Virus record (IMG/VR): IMGVR_UViG_3300017774_007351
DNA: 64,000 nt
Direction: 5' to 3' (one strand)
Source of the DNA: an uncultured virus (IMG/VR IMGVR_UViG_3300017774_007351)
Lineage: Duplodnaviria; Heunggongvirae; Uroviricota; Caudoviricetes
The translations under genes and the position numbers were made by a program. The notes beneath the pieces were generated by a model. The model did no database searches. It worked only from the letters and a program-made list of their open reading frames with translations, and was not told the origin of the DNA. Below are positions 47,530 through 57,821 of this stretch, in pieces; the first letter of the stretch is position 1, and each line of letters opens with the position of its first letter.

Positions 47530-48004
47530 AGAACAAGTAAGCGAATGGGATAAGATCCTTGACGAGTATGAAAAAGGTATTGGACTAGGAACCTATAGGG
47601 CTGATTCTTTTCCAGAAGAAGAACTTAATGCTTATTTTCAAATGAGCAGAGATGAACTTGAAAAGACAACGCCAGAAGTTTGTGGTGAAATAGCATACAG
47701 ACTAGGGCAATTCGCATTTCATGTTCAAAGATCTATTAATAGAGAGCTATCAAGACTTAATTGGGCCGATGAGACTATCAAAGAAACAATAGCAGAAGAA
47801 ATCAATAATTATAAAGGATATGGCTATATTGAGAAGTCTTTTCAGGCAATTAAAAATAATGAGAAAGCTTCATCCCTAAATAAAATTAAAAAATACGCTA
47901 AACAAAGAAGCGATAGACTTCAATATTTAGCAAATAGTATTAAGCATCTGTCAGATATTATGTTGTCTATTCAAAGAGCAAAGGTGAAAAATAATGGATC
48001 TTAA
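47519..48004 (+). CDS. Helical protein, possibly a UvsY-like recombination mediator
   Basis: Coiled-coil character and position near recA; family call is weak. Confidence 0.45.
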   Translation: MNTKEQVSEWDKILDEYEKGIGLGTYRADSFPEEELNAYFQMSRDELEKTTPEVCGEIAYRLGQFAFHVQRSINRELSRLNWADETIKETIAEEINNYKGYGYIEKSFQAIKNNEKASSLNKIKKYAKQRSDRLQYLANSIKHLSDIMLSIQRAKVKNNGS

Positions 48005-48386
48005 TGAATTAATGAAAAATCCTGAGCAACTAAAAAATTTGATTCAAGCACTGCAAGCCATGTTGCCTGCTGACGGTTCTGAGACTACTACAGATACAGA
48101 GGACGGGGATGAGTTCACCGCCCCTCTTAGAACTAAAGGATCTAGACGCAAGCCAAACAAGAATAAGAATAAATTCTTAGATATGCCTGAAAAGGACATG
48201 CATAAGGATGATATTGAAGTTGATAAAAAACTTGCTAAGTTTGCTCCTGTTAGTAGAAGCAGATCTTTTGATATGATAGATGTTGTATGTCGGGTTTGTG
48301 GCAAAAAAGAGACCATAAGTCCTTCATTGTTGTTTGAGGCTCCAAGTAGATATAAGTGTAATAATTGTTCAACCCAGTCGGGCTAA
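47994..48386 (+). CDS. Zinc-finger protein
   Basis: CRVCG...CNNC. Confidence 0.65.
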   Translation: MDLNELMKNPEQLKNLIQALQAMLPADGSETTTDTEDGDEFTAPLRTKGSRRKPNKNKNKFLDMPEKDMHKDDIEVDKKLAKFAPVSRSRSFDMIDVVCRVCGKKETISPSLLFEAPSRYKCNNCSTQSG

Positions 48387-48400
48387 TTGAGGAAAAATAA

Positions 48401-49867
48401 ATGATTTTGTGTGACCCATCAGCAGAAAGAGCTGTTCTTGCTGGTATTTGTAAATTTGGCGAAGATGCTTATCTCGATATTGCAGACATTGTTCAATCTT
48501 CAACATTTACTATCGATAGTAATAGCATCATATATACTTGCTTAAAAACTCTTTGTGAAAGAGATCATAAGCCAAGTATTGATATTCCTTCTATCTTTTC
48601 TATAGCCCAAGAACTTAATTTTGGTCACATTCTTTCAAAGAAAGAAGAAGCTCAACATCTTAAGGCTATTCTAGATTTTCCAGTTAATCTGGAGAATGTA
48701 AGGAAGTTTGCTGCTAAGATTAGGAAACTAGAGATTGCTAGGCTTTTAAGAAAGCAGCTAGAAGAAGCACAAGATAAGATATTAGACGTTACTGGAAGCG
48801 AGCCAATAGCATCAATTCTTGGCATAGCAGAAGATGCTGTTCTAAACTTTTCTTCACTATTAAGCGACACAGATAATCATCCCGTCTGTTTTGGAAAAGA
48901 TCTAGATGATTATATTGCATCTCTTGAAACAAATAAAGTTGATCAGGTTGGTATTTCAACAGGCTTTCCTATTTATGATCAAGCTATTGGTGGGGGTCTT
49001 AGAAAAGGAACAGTTAATATTATAGCAGCACGACCTAAAACAGGTAAAACCCTTTTATCTGATAATATGGGACAATACATAGCTAATAAGGTTGGTATTC
49101 CAGTTCTTAATATGGATACTGAAATGAATAAAGAAGATCATATTAATAGAATCTTAGCTATGATGACTGAAACTGAAATCAATGCAATTGAAACTGGTAA
49201 GTTTGCAGAATCACCAGATAAAAAATCTAAGATACTACAAGCAGCAAATACCCTCAAACAAAGTAAGTGGTTTCATAAGTCTATTGCTGGTAAGCCGTTT
49301 GAAGAACAGTTAGCTGTTATGAGAAGGTGGCTACTCAAGGAAGTAGGCTTGAATGATGATGGAACAGCAAAAGAATGTGTTATATTTTATGACTATCTAA
49401 AACTTATGGATAGTGCTGGCATGAGCCAAGACTTGAAAGAGTATCAAGTATTAGGATTCATGATGACATCTTTGCATAACTTTGCTGTTAGATATAAGGT
49501 TCCTATTGTCGCTTTTATTCAGTTAAATAGAGATGGTATTTCAAAAGAAAGCACAGACACAGCAAGCGGTTCAGACCGTATTATTTGGTTGTGTAGTAAT
49601 TTCTCAATTTTCAAACGTAAGTCTGACGAAGAAATGGCTGAGGATGGTCCAACAAACGGGAATAGAAAATTAGTGCCATTGATTAGTAGACACGGAGGAG
49701 GCTTGGACGATAACGATTATATCAATTGCCATATGAAGGGCTGGTGTGCTAAGATCACAGAGGGTGAAACTAGACTAGAGTTAATGAGCAATAACAAAAA
49801 CAACAAAGACGGATTTATAGTAAATGAATCAAACGATAATGAAGAAACAGAAATCCAATTTAAATGA
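48401..49867 (+). CDS. dnaB: Replicative DNA helicase, DnaB-like
   Basis: AERAVL, GISTGF..D..GG, AARPKTGKT, DYLKL, QLNR. Confidence 0.92.
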   Translation: MILCDPSAERAVLAGICKFGEDAYLDIADIVQSSTFTIDSNSIIYTCLKTLCERDHKPSIDIPSIFSIAQELNFGHILSKKEEAQHLKAILDFPVNLENVRKFAAKIRKLEIARLLRKQLEEAQDKILDVTGSEPIASILGIAEDAVLNFSSLLSDTDNHPVCFGKDLDDYIASLETNKVDQVGISTGFPIYDQAIGGGLRKGTVNIIAARPKTGKTLLSDNMGQYIANKVGIPVLNMDTEMNKEDHINRILAMMTETEINAIETGKFAESPDKKSKILQAANTLKQSKWFHKSIAGKPFEEQLAVMRRWLLKEVGLNDDGTAKECVIFYDYLKLMDSAGMSQDLKEYQVLGFMMTSLHNFAVRYKVPIVAFIQLNRDGISKESTDTASGSDRIIWLCSNFSIFKRKSDEEMAEDGPTNGNRKLVPLISRHGGGLDDNDYINCHMKGWCAKITEGETRLELMSNNKNNKDGFIVNESNDNEETEIQFK

Positions 49868-50978
49868 TCAGGCCAAGCTCAAGATTGTTTGCGACGATCT
49901 GTGCGACAATATTGAAAGCCTACTAGAACACTTCGGAATAGAGTATATTTATAGTGGTAAGCTTATCACTATGAGTTGTCCTATTCATGGTGGAGACAAC
50001 AAGTCCGCATTAAACCTATATCCTCAAGGAGACGTTTATAGAGGAAATTGGAAATGTAGAACTCATGGTTGTGAAAAACACTTTAAGTCTTCTATTATAG
50101 GATTTATTAGAGGTATTATTTCTAGTCAAAAATATCATTGGTCTAAAGACGGAGATAAGACTTGCACTTTTCAAGAAGCTTTAGGCTTTTGTTTAGCTTT
50201 TGTAAATAAAGACTTGTCCAATATTAAAGTATCTAGTTCAGACAGAGATAAAAAATCTTTTGTTGGAGCTATTAGATATATTAGTCCAGAAAAAACAGTA
50301 CAAATACAAGGCATTACCAGATCACAAATACGAAATAATTTAGAAATTCCAGCACAATACTATGTTGATAGGGGCTATTCTAAATCAGTCTTAGATAAGT
50401 ACGATATTGGCTTATGTAGTAAGCCAGGAAAAGAGATGTCAAATAGGATTGTTGTACCAATATACGACCATAAGTATAAGCATATGGTTGGATGTAGTGG
50501 TAGAAGTATTTTTGAAAAATGTGATAAGTGCAACTCCTATCACAATAAAACAGACAATTGTCCTAGTGATGAGCAATATCGCTTCTTTTCAAAGTGGAAG
50601 CATAGCAATAATTTTCAATCACAAAACCACCTATACAATATATGGTTTGCTAAAAAACCCATTATAGAAACAACAACTGTCATTTTAGTAGAAAGTCCTG
50701 GTAATGTATGGAGACTAGAAGAGGCTGGGATTCATAATAGCGTAGCTATTTTTGGATCATCCCTAAGCGATAGACAAAAAATGATACTTGATACTTCTGG
50801 TGCCATGACTATCATTACTATGATGGACAACGATGAAGCTGGCAAAAAAGCAACAGAGGCTATACATCAAAAATGTAATAAGACCTATAATATTAAAAGC
50901 ATAGATTTTCCTGGCTCAGACATTGCTGAACTATCTATAGAATATATCCAAAATAATATCTTACCCTTAATAAAGTGA
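49824..50978 (+). CDS. DNA primase (Zn finger + TOPRIM)
   Basis: CPIH...WKC..HGC, RIVVPI, LVESPG, DNDEAG. Confidence 0.88.
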   Translation: MNQTIMKKQKSNLNDQAKLKIVCDDLCDNIESLLEHFGIEYIYSGKLITMSCPIHGGDNKSALNLYPQGDVYRGNWKCRTHGCEKHFKSSIIGFIRGIISSQKYHWSKDGDKTCTFQEALGFCLAFVNKDLSNIKVSSSDRDKKSFVGAIRYISPEKTVQIQGITRSQIRNNLEIPAQYYVDRGYSKSVLDKYDIGLCSKPGKEMSNRIVVPIYDHKYKHMVGCSGRSIFEKCDKCNSYHNKTDNCPSDEQYRFFSKWKHSNNFQSQNHLYNIWFAKKPIIETTTVILVESPGNVWRLEEAGIHNSVAIFGSSLSDRQKMILDTSGAMTIITMMDNDEAGKKATEAIHQKCNKTYNIKSIDFPGSDIAELSIEYIQNNILPLIK

Positions 50979-50982
50979 TTAA

Positions 50983-51708
50983 ATGATACTAGGAATATCT
51001 GGAAGAAAACAGTCTGGTAAAAGCACAACTGGCAATTTTATTGTTTCTCTATACTTAGCTAGGCTTGAAGTATCAAGACAGGTCGATCTTGATGAAGAAG
51101 GAAGGATTGTTGTATCTGATTTATTCGGAGATATTAACTATCGAGGAGTACTAGATACTTCAGCAAGAAAAAATGATTTTATGCTTAACAAGCTATATGG
51201 TCTGTTAGATAAGCACGTAAAAATTTATAGTTTTGCAGATCCTCTTAAACAAGATATATGTATGAATATTTTGGGCTTGACATACGAACAATGCTATGGC
51301 TCTGATGACGAGAAGAATAGACTAACAGAATTAACTTGGCCGAACTCGACTGATCTCATGACATCAAGAGACATTATGCAATATGTTGGCACTGATGTAT
51401 TTCGTAAGATGAAGTCCGACGTATGGGTGTCTGCAACAATAAACAGAATAAATAAAGAGAAGCCAGAGCTAGCCTTGATTACAGACTGCCGATTTCCTAA
51501 CGAAGTATCTAGTATCAAGGATGCTGGTGGTTCAGTAATGAGACTAACACGCAATCCATTTCATTCTGATCATTTGAGTGAAACAATATTAGACGAGCCT
51601 AATTATGACTGGTCTAATTTTAATTATGTATGTCGTAATGATAATATGAACATATATGAACAATGCACAGACATTCAAAAGTTCCTACAGGAGAATCTAT
51701 CATTATAA
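50983..51708 (+). CDS. Deoxynucleoside monophosphate kinase
   Basis: GISGRKQSGKST, SFADPLK, R.IMQ.VGT, ITDCRFPNE. Confidence 0.88.
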   Translation: MILGISGRKQSGKSTTGNFIVSLYLARLEVSRQVDLDEEGRIVVSDLFGDINYRGVLDTSARKNDFMLNKLYGLLDKHVKIYSFADPLKQDICMNILGLTYEQCYGSDDEKNRLTELTWPNSTDLMTSRDIMQYVGTDVFRKMKSDVWVSATINRINKEKPELALITDCRFPNEVSSIKDAGGSVMRLTRNPFHSDHLSETILDEPNYDWSNFNYVCRNDNMNIYEQCTDIQKFLQENLSL

Positions 51709-51974
51709 ACATGTGCTGGAACTTGTTTTTAAAACAGAATAGAAAATGTGCATTATCTGGAATTGAGATAGCTTTTCCAAAGGCGTGGGGAGCTAGATCT
51801 AAAACCCAAATTACTGCATCGTTGGATAGAGTAGATTCTAATAAGGGCTATATTATTGGCAATGTACAATGGGTACATAAACAAATAAATACTATGAAAA
51901 TGGATATGTCTGATGCCGAATTTATCAATTTATGTAGAATGGTAACCAAAAACTATGATAGTGACTTACTTTAG
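51663..51974 (+). pseudogene. N-terminally truncated HNH homing endonuclease-like ORF
   Basis: KQN.KCALSG, ASLDRVDSNKGY..GNVQWV....N.MK; lacks the usual N-terminal DNA-binding part. Confidence 0.55.
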
Positions 51975-52998
51975 AAGTTCTTCTTATAACACCCACAGTC
52001 TCTGCGAACAACAATATTTTCTTGAATATGTTTTAGGCTATCGAGGCCCGTCTGGACAAAAGGCAGATAAAGGAACTATAGTTCATAAGGTTCTAGAAAT
52101 TTTAGCAGTTATTAAAAAAGCACAACAAGATAATGTTTCAATTATAGATGATGACGTTATTGGGAAATTAGATGTTTCTAAGTATAGTCTAGATAAAATA
52201 ATTGAGCAAGTGTATAAACATTATACTGAAGCTAATGCTCATCATAAATGGGCTCCAAAAGACTATAAGGATTGTCATGCTTGGGTATATAAGGCTATTG
52301 AATTTAATAAGGGGATGTTTGATCCTAGAAACAGACACATCCTATGTCCTGAACAACATTTTGATATTGAGATTAAAAAGCCTTGGTCTGCTTATTCATA
52401 TGACACACCAGAGGGTAAGTTAGAAGGAAATCTTGCCATAAAGGGAACTATCGACCTTATAACATTAGTTAGTGAAAACACTATTGAAATAGTAGACTGG
52501 AAAACAGGACGAAGATTAGATTGGGCTACAGGGCAAGAAAAGACATTAGAAAAATTACAAAATGATCCACAACTTAGAATATATCATTATGCTATTAGTA
52601 ATCTATATCCTAATATAGACCATATTATTTTCTCTATATATTTTATTAATGATGGAGGTCCATTTTCAATCTGTTTCGACAAGTCCGATCTGCCAAAAAC
52701 AGAGGAAATGTTACGTCAAAAATTTGAGGTAGTTAAAAACACAAGAAAGCCAAAACTAAATAAAAGCTGGATGTGTACCAAATTATGTCATTTTGGAAAA
52801 ACGACATTCGATAATAGTCATATAACACCACAAATAGAATACAGAGAGAACCATACTTGTAATATGGGTTCCACTATGACCAAATGCGAACAAGTCAAAC
52901 ATGATATAGACTTGCACGGCATGAATACTGTGGTAGAACAGTACAAGAACAAACACCACTCCTTTGGAAAATATAAAGCGCCAGGAAGCACAGAATGA
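51955..52998 (+). CDS. PD-(D/E)xK (RecB/Cas4-like) exonuclease
   Basis: SS...C, GTIVH, E, GTID, DWKTG, QL..Y, C..LC. Confidence 0.85.
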   Translation: MIVTYFRSSSYNTHSLCEQQYFLEYVLGYRGPSGQKADKGTIVHKVLEILAVIKKAQQDNVSIIDDDVIGKLDVSKYSLDKIIEQVYKHYTEANAHHKWAPKDYKDCHAWVYKAIEFNKGMFDPRNRHILCPEQHFDIEIKKPWSAYSYDTPEGKLEGNLAIKGTIDLITLVSENTIEIVDWKTGRRLDWATGQEKTLEKLQNDPQLRIYHYAISNLYPNIDHIIFSIYFINDGGPFSICFDKSDLPKTEEMLRQKFEVVKNTRKPKLNKSWMCTKLCHFGKTTFDNSHITPQIEYRENHTCNMGSTMTKCEQVKHDIDLHGMNTVVEQYKNKHHSFGKYKAPGSTE

Positions 52999-54857
52999 AA
53001 AAGTATATACCATTACATGCACATAGTCATTATTCTTTATTAGACGGCCTATCAAAACCATCTCAAATAGCAAATAGATGTGAAAAAATTGGAGTAAAGT
53101 CTTGTGCTATCACAGATCATGGATCTATAGCCGGAACTGTACAATTCTTTCAAGCAGTTAAGGCTAAGGGTATTAAGCCAATACTTGGATGTGAGCTTTA
53201 TATTAGTCGTGAAGATTCCCATATCAAAACAAAGGAAAATAGCGACCTGAGCCACTTTATTGTATTATCAAAAAATAATGCTGGATGGTTCGACCTCATC
53301 AAGATTATATCCGAAACTAATAAACCAGAAAACTTTTACCATAAACCAAGAATTAGCTTTGACAGACTAAAGCCTTTCTTGAATGGTAATCTGATTGGCT
53401 TCTCTGGTCATCTAGGCTCAACTATAGCAGATGCTATTCAAGATGATCCAGACAATGCTATGAAGATCGGAACAGAACATATCTCTTATATGAAAGACTT
53501 ATTTGGAGACGAATATTTTCTTGAAAGCCAACTTATGGATCAGGAAAGTACCCCAGAACAAGTAGAACTTACAAACATAATAAGAAGACTAGGTAAGAAT
53601 ACCAATACTAAGGTAATATGCACACCAGACGCTCATTATTGTGAAAAAGAAGATGCTGTTGATCAAAGAATTCTTCTTTGCAACAATCTCAAAACAACAT
53701 TAACAGATATCAATAAAAAGATGTTGAATAATGAAAGTATTCCTATGGGATGCTTTTTTAAGTCAGATAATTTTCATATCTTATCACCAGAGGAAATAGC
53801 TCTACTTCATACGGAAGAAGAAATAGAGAATACTAACTATGTAGATAGCCTATGTGAAGATTATGACATTCTACATAAACCAATGCTGCCTCCTTTCTCA
53901 TGTCCTAACAATTTTAATCCAGACGAGTATCTTAGAGAGCTTTGTCGAAAAGGATGGAAAGATAAAATAGCTAATAATATTGATAAAGAAAGCCAACAGA
54001 AATATGTTGATCGAATTAAGTATGAGTTAGATATTTTACAAGGCGCTGGATTGTCCAGTTATTTCTTGATAGTTGGAGATATTGTAAACAAGGTTAGGCT
54101 AGAGCACTGGCTACCCGGCCCAGGCAGAGGCTCTGCTGCGGGCTGTCTGGTCTCTTATTTAATTGGGATTACATCCATTGACCCCATCAAGTATAATTTA
54201 ATTTTCGAAAGATTCTATAATTCTGGTCGAAATACAAAAGACCGTATTTCTATGCCAGATATTGATGTTGACGTTCCAATTAATAAAAGAGAAGCTATTA
54301 TTGAATATATTAAATCAAAATATGGTCATGAAAAAGTTTCTCAAATGATAACCTTTAATACTATGAAGGGCAGAGGTGCTTTAAAGGAAGTATTAAGAGT
54401 ATATGGAAATGTTGCTTTCGAAGAAATGAACAGAATAACAAAATATATCCCTGACGAAGCAAAAATTGCGGACGAACTTCAAGAAATGAAAGAAGATACG
54501 GGAGAAGCATCTATTTTACGATGGTCTCTAGAAAATAATGTTGACAAACTCAAGGAATGGTGCTATATTGATGATGACGATCAATTGGCTGGCCCATTAG
54601 CCAAAAGGTTTGAGCAAGCTATACGCTTAGAAGGAACTAAGTCTAATCAATCTAAACATGCTGCCGGTGTAGTTATTAGTAGTCAAAATTTAGGTTCTGT
54701 GTGTCCTATGGTATATGATTCAAAGAATAAACAATCAATAGCCGGAATGGAAATGCAGGATCTAGAAGCGTTAGGTATTATTAAGTTTGACGTTCTCGGT
54801 ATAGCGATGTTAGATAAAATTATGAATATAGCAGATTCTTTAGAAAAAGGAGAATAA
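52995..54857 (+). CDS. dnaE: DNA polymerase III alpha, N-terminal part (PHP + palm/thumb)
   Basis: HAHSHYSLLDG, TDHG, DAHY, GRGSAAG, FERF, MPDIDVD, HAAGVVI, KFDVLG. Confidence 0.93.
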   Translation: MKKYIPLHAHSHYSLLDGLSKPSQIANRCEKIGVKSCAITDHGSIAGTVQFFQAVKAKGIKPILGCELYISREDSHIKTKENSDLSHFIVLSKNNAGWFDLIKIISETNKPENFYHKPRISFDRLKPFLNGNLIGFSGHLGSTIADAIQDDPDNAMKIGTEHISYMKDLFGDEYFLESQLMDQESTPEQVELTNIIRRLGKNTNTKVICTPDAHYCEKEDAVDQRILLCNNLKTTLTDINKKMLNNESIPMGCFFKSDNFHILSPEEIALLHTEEEIENTNYVDSLCEDYDILHKPMLPPFSCPNNFNPDEYLRELCRKGWKDKIANNIDKESQQKYVDRIKYELDILQGAGLSSYFLIVGDIVNKVRLEHWLPGPGRGSAAGCLVSYLIGITSIDPIKYNLIFERFYNSGRNTKDRISMPDIDVDVPINKREAIIEYIKSKYGHEKVSQMITFNTMKGRGALKEVLRVYGNVAFEEMNRITKYIPDEAKIADELQEMKEDTGEASILRWSLENNVDKLKEWCYIDDDDQLAGPLAKRFEQAIRLEGTKSNQSKHAAGVVISSQNLGSVCPMVYDSKNKQSIAGMEMQDLEALGIIKFDVLGIAMLDKIMNIADSLEKGE

Positions 54858-54859
54858 AT

Positions 54860-55039
54860 ATGCTCAAAAAAATGAAAGACGTTGTGGTTGGAGAAAAGTT
54901 TTCTATGGCAGGTACTGAATATATTAAAATTCAAGAATATCGCGTTAGTTGCTGTAAGATAATTAATTGCGAAGTTATTGGTGATCCAGGTAACAAATCT
55001 TATTTTTCATCAGAAATGGATGTGGAAGTAAATGGCTAA
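54860..55039 (+). CDS. 59-aa Cys-containing protein (absent from the ORF track)
   Basis: AGGAG RBS; MLKKMKDVVVGEKFSMAGTEYIKIQEYRVSCCKIINCEVIGDPGNKSYFSSEMDVEVNG. Confidence 0.7.
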   Translation: MLKKMKDVVVGEKFSMAGTEYIKIQEYRVSCCKIINCEVIGDPGNKSYFSSEMDVEVNG

Positions 55040-55733
55040 TTTTCAAAAGTTTTGTGTGTTCGATTTGGAAACGGATGGGGTTAATCCAGATAAGTGTAGC
55101 CCAGTTCAAATAGCTGCTGTTATAGTTGACCCAGTTAAATTGGAAATTGTTCCAGATTCTGAGTTTAACATTAATCTTAAGCCAGAAGCTTTGCAAAATA
55201 AGCCAGACTATGATTATAGTGATAGCGATGTTTTGGATTTTCATGCCAAGGTAAGAAATTCTACAAAAGCAGATATTCTTAAGTCTTGGTCAGACTATCA
55301 AAAACAAGAGAGTGGCTGGAAGATGTTTACATCCTATCTGGATATGTATCATACTAGATCAACAAAGAAATCTTGTTTCTCTGCTCCTATTGCTGTTGGA
55401 TATAATATTAATAGGTTTGATTTAAGGATTATAGAAAGACTAAGTACCAAGTATAATAATCTGAATAAAGAAGGAAGAAGCTCAATATTTTATCCTAGAG
55501 ATGTTGTAGACATAATGAATATTATGTTTTATTGGTTTGAGGGAAGCAACGAACTTAAAAACTATACCTTAGATCATGTTAGAGAATATTTTGGGCTGAG
55601 TGGAGAGAATGCTCACGATGCTCTCAAAGATGTTAAGGATACGGCACAACTATTAATTCGTTTTTTGAAACTACATAGAAATCTATCTGATAAAGTAAAG
55701 TTTAAAGGATCTTTCGTTAATACCAATGGCTGA
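55032..55733 (+). CDS. DEDDh 3'-5' exonuclease (DnaQ-like)
   Basis: FDLETDG, GYNI.RFD, AHDALKD. Confidence 0.9.
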   Translation: MANFQKFCVFDLETDGVNPDKCSPVQIAAVIVDPVKLEIVPDSEFNINLKPEALQNKPDYDYSDSDVLDFHAKVRNSTKADILKSWSDYQKQESGWKMFTSYLDMYHTRSTKKSCFSAPIAVGYNINRFDLRIIERLSTKYNNLNKEGRSSIFYPRDVVDIMNIMFYWFEGSNELKNYTLDHVREYFGLSGENAHDALKDVKDTAQLLIRFLKLHRNLSDKVKFKGSFVNTNG

Positions 55734-57351
55734 ATTTTTAACTTTTGAATGTGGATGTAAATTTCCAGTAACAAAACTGGAGAATGGAAATAATTCCATA
55801 CATTTTAATCCTAATATTGAACAAATTAATTTAGAGTGCAAAAAGACCTGGGATTTAATCTCAAGTGGTAACACTAAGGGTTGTTTTCAATTGGAGTCCA
55901 GACTTGGACAAGCAATGGCAAAAAAACTCAAACCAGAAAATATTGAACAGCTTTCTGCTTTAATTAGTATTCTTAGGCCAGGATGTCTAGAAGCTATTAG
56001 AGACGGGAAAAGTGTTTCAAATCACTATATTGATAAAAAGAATGGACAAGAAAGCATTGACTACTTTCATTCTGCATTAGAAGTAGCTCTGAAAAGCACT
56101 TACGGAGAAATGATTTATCAAGAACAGGCTATGGAAATAGCTCAAACAATTGCTGGCTTTGATCTTAAAGAAGCAGATATGTTAAGAAAGGCTATTGGAA
56201 AGAAAAAACCAGAAGAAATGGCAAAGGTAAAGTCAAAGTTTTTAGAAGGGACCAAGAAAGTTAATTCTGTATCTGTTGAGCAGGCAGAGGAAATTTTCGG
56301 GTGGATTGAAAAGAGTCAGAGGTATTCTTTTAATAAGTCTCATGCTGTTTCTTATGCTGTAAATGGATATTTATCGGCTTATACTAAAGCTCATTTTCCA
56401 AGGATATTTTTTGCTTCTTATTTAAGGTTTGCTAAAGATAAGATAGATCCTCAACAAGAGATTAAGGAACTTATCAGAAACGCAAATGAAATGGATATTA
56501 ATGTTTATATTCCAGATTTCAGAAATCTTAATGAGTTTTTTATCATAAAAGATAAGCACATATATTTTGGTTTAACAGACATAAAGGGTGTTGGGGCATC
56601 AGTATTTCAAAAAATTCTAGAGTTAGTAAAGAATATAGACGTTAATAGTCTTGATTGGTTAAAAATATGTAGTCAAATACTAATGAACATTAACTCTACA
56701 GCAGCAAAAGCTTTGATTAGTAGTGGAGCGTTTGACTATATTAAGAAAAATAGAACAGAGATGTTATTTGAATATGACATTATTTCTGGTTTAACAAAAA
56801 AAGAATTAGAACAATTGGTATCATTAATACCAGAAGAAAAGTACACACTCAAGCAATGTCTTGGTAGGTTGTATGAATATGGTACTAAGATTAATAAGAA
56901 TCGTAAAGATAATATTCTTAATCTAATAAAGCTTACAGACAATCCTCCATATTCTTTAATAGATAAAATAGAGTGGCTCTCTGATTCTGAAAGTCAGCTT
57001 TTAGGAGCATCAATTACGTGTTCAAAGTTAGACACTTATGACATAAGTATGACCAACATGGATTGTAAAGAATATAAAAACACCATTATTGATAAAAATA
57101 TTATTTTAGCTGGAGAAATAGTTAATGTTAATGTTGTAAAAACAAAAAAGGGTAAAAATCCAGGTCAGGAAATGGCATTTATTACTATTGAAGACAATAG
57201 TGGGATACTAGATTCTGTTGTATTATTTCCAGAAAAATGGGACGAATATAAAGCCCACTTATTTGAGAGAAATATTCTCATCTTTGTGGGTAATAAAACA
57301 AAAAACAAAGATTCCTTCGTGATTGAAAAATGCTTTACCCCTAAATCTTGA
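55726..57351 (+). CDS. dnaE: DNA polymerase III alpha, C-terminal part (fingers, HhH, OB)
   Basis: GCFQLES, LRPG, YQEQ, AD.LRKAIGKK, YSFNKSHA..Y, GL..IKGVG, MAFITIED. Confidence 0.93.
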   Translation: MAEFLTFECGCKFPVTKLENGNNSIHFNPNIEQINLECKKTWDLISSGNTKGCFQLESRLGQAMAKKLKPENIEQLSALISILRPGCLEAIRDGKSVSNHYIDKKNGQESIDYFHSALEVALKSTYGEMIYQEQAMEIAQTIAGFDLKEADMLRKAIGKKKPEEMAKVKSKFLEGTKKVNSVSVEQAEEIFGWIEKSQRYSFNKSHAVSYAVNGYLSAYTKAHFPRIFFASYLRFAKDKIDPQQEIKELIRNANEMDINVYIPDFRNLNEFFIIKDKHIYFGLTDIKGVGASVFQKILELVKNIDVNSLDWLKICSQILMNINSTAAKALISSGAFDYIKKNRTEMLFEYDIISGLTKKELEQLVSLIPEEKYTLKQCLGRLYEYGTKINKNRKDNILNLIKLTDNPPYSLIDKIEWLSDSESQLLGASITCSKLDTYDISMTNMDCKEYKNTIIDKNIILAGEIVNVNVVKTKKGKNPGQEMAFITIEDNSGILDSVVLFPEKWDEYKAHLFERNILIFVGNKTKNKDSFVIEKCFTPKS

Positions 57352-57375
57352 CTTCTGGCGTGGTTCAGATACTAT
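57348..57375 (+). promoter_or_regulatory. Sigma70-like promoter for ssb
   Basis: TTGACT-N16-TACTAT. Confidence 0.5.
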
Positions 57376-57421
57376 AACAGTGTTGTGTTCGATTTACTTT
57401 TTGAAACTAGGAGATGATTAG

Positions 57422-57799
57422 ATGAATATTACTATTCTCAGAGGAAATTTGGCTCGTGATCCGGAACTAAGAGTTGTCAATACCAACGGTAAGCAAACAT
57501 CAGTAGTTAATTTTACTGTTGCTGTTTCCCGAGAGTATACGAAGGCTAATGGCGAAAAGGATAAGATTGCATCATTCATCAATTGTGAAGCATGGGATTC
57601 TGGCGCTGATATTATCGGCTCTTCATTTAAGAAGGGTGACCTAGTTTTAGTGGAAGGCTCTCTTCGTAATGACTCGTGGGAAAAGGATGGCGTTAAGCAC
57701 AGTAGTCTAAAGGTTAGAGTAAATAACTTTTCTAAGATTACAAAGCTTAGTAAGCCAAGTAAGGCTCAAGCTGAAGAAAATGAAGTTGTGAGCTTCTGA
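57422..57799 (+). CDS. ssb: Single-stranded DNA-binding protein
   Basis: MN..IL.GNL.RDPELR, FTVAV, KGDLV.VEG.L...W; acidic tail ending in F. Confidence 0.93.
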   Translation: MNITILRGNLARDPELRVVNTNGKQTSVVNFTVAVSREYTKANGEKDKIASFINCEAWDSGADIIGSSFKKGDLVLVEGSLRNDSWEKDGVKHSSLKVRVNNFSKITKLSKPSKAQAEENEVVSF

Positions 57800-57821
57800 T
57801 AGGAATATATCTTTATAACAA

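Noticed and set aside
51955..52998. CRISPR-Cas locus (Cas4-like gene)
   Set aside because: No repeat-spacer array or other cas genes were seen; solo PD-(D/E)xK nucleases are common in phage replication modules.
54800..55800. Split intein or self-splicing intron joining the two dnaE parts
   Set aside because: There is no N-intein start after the N-extein and no HN-C/S/T junction in the C part. The gap is filled by coupled ORFs, leaving no room for an intron core.
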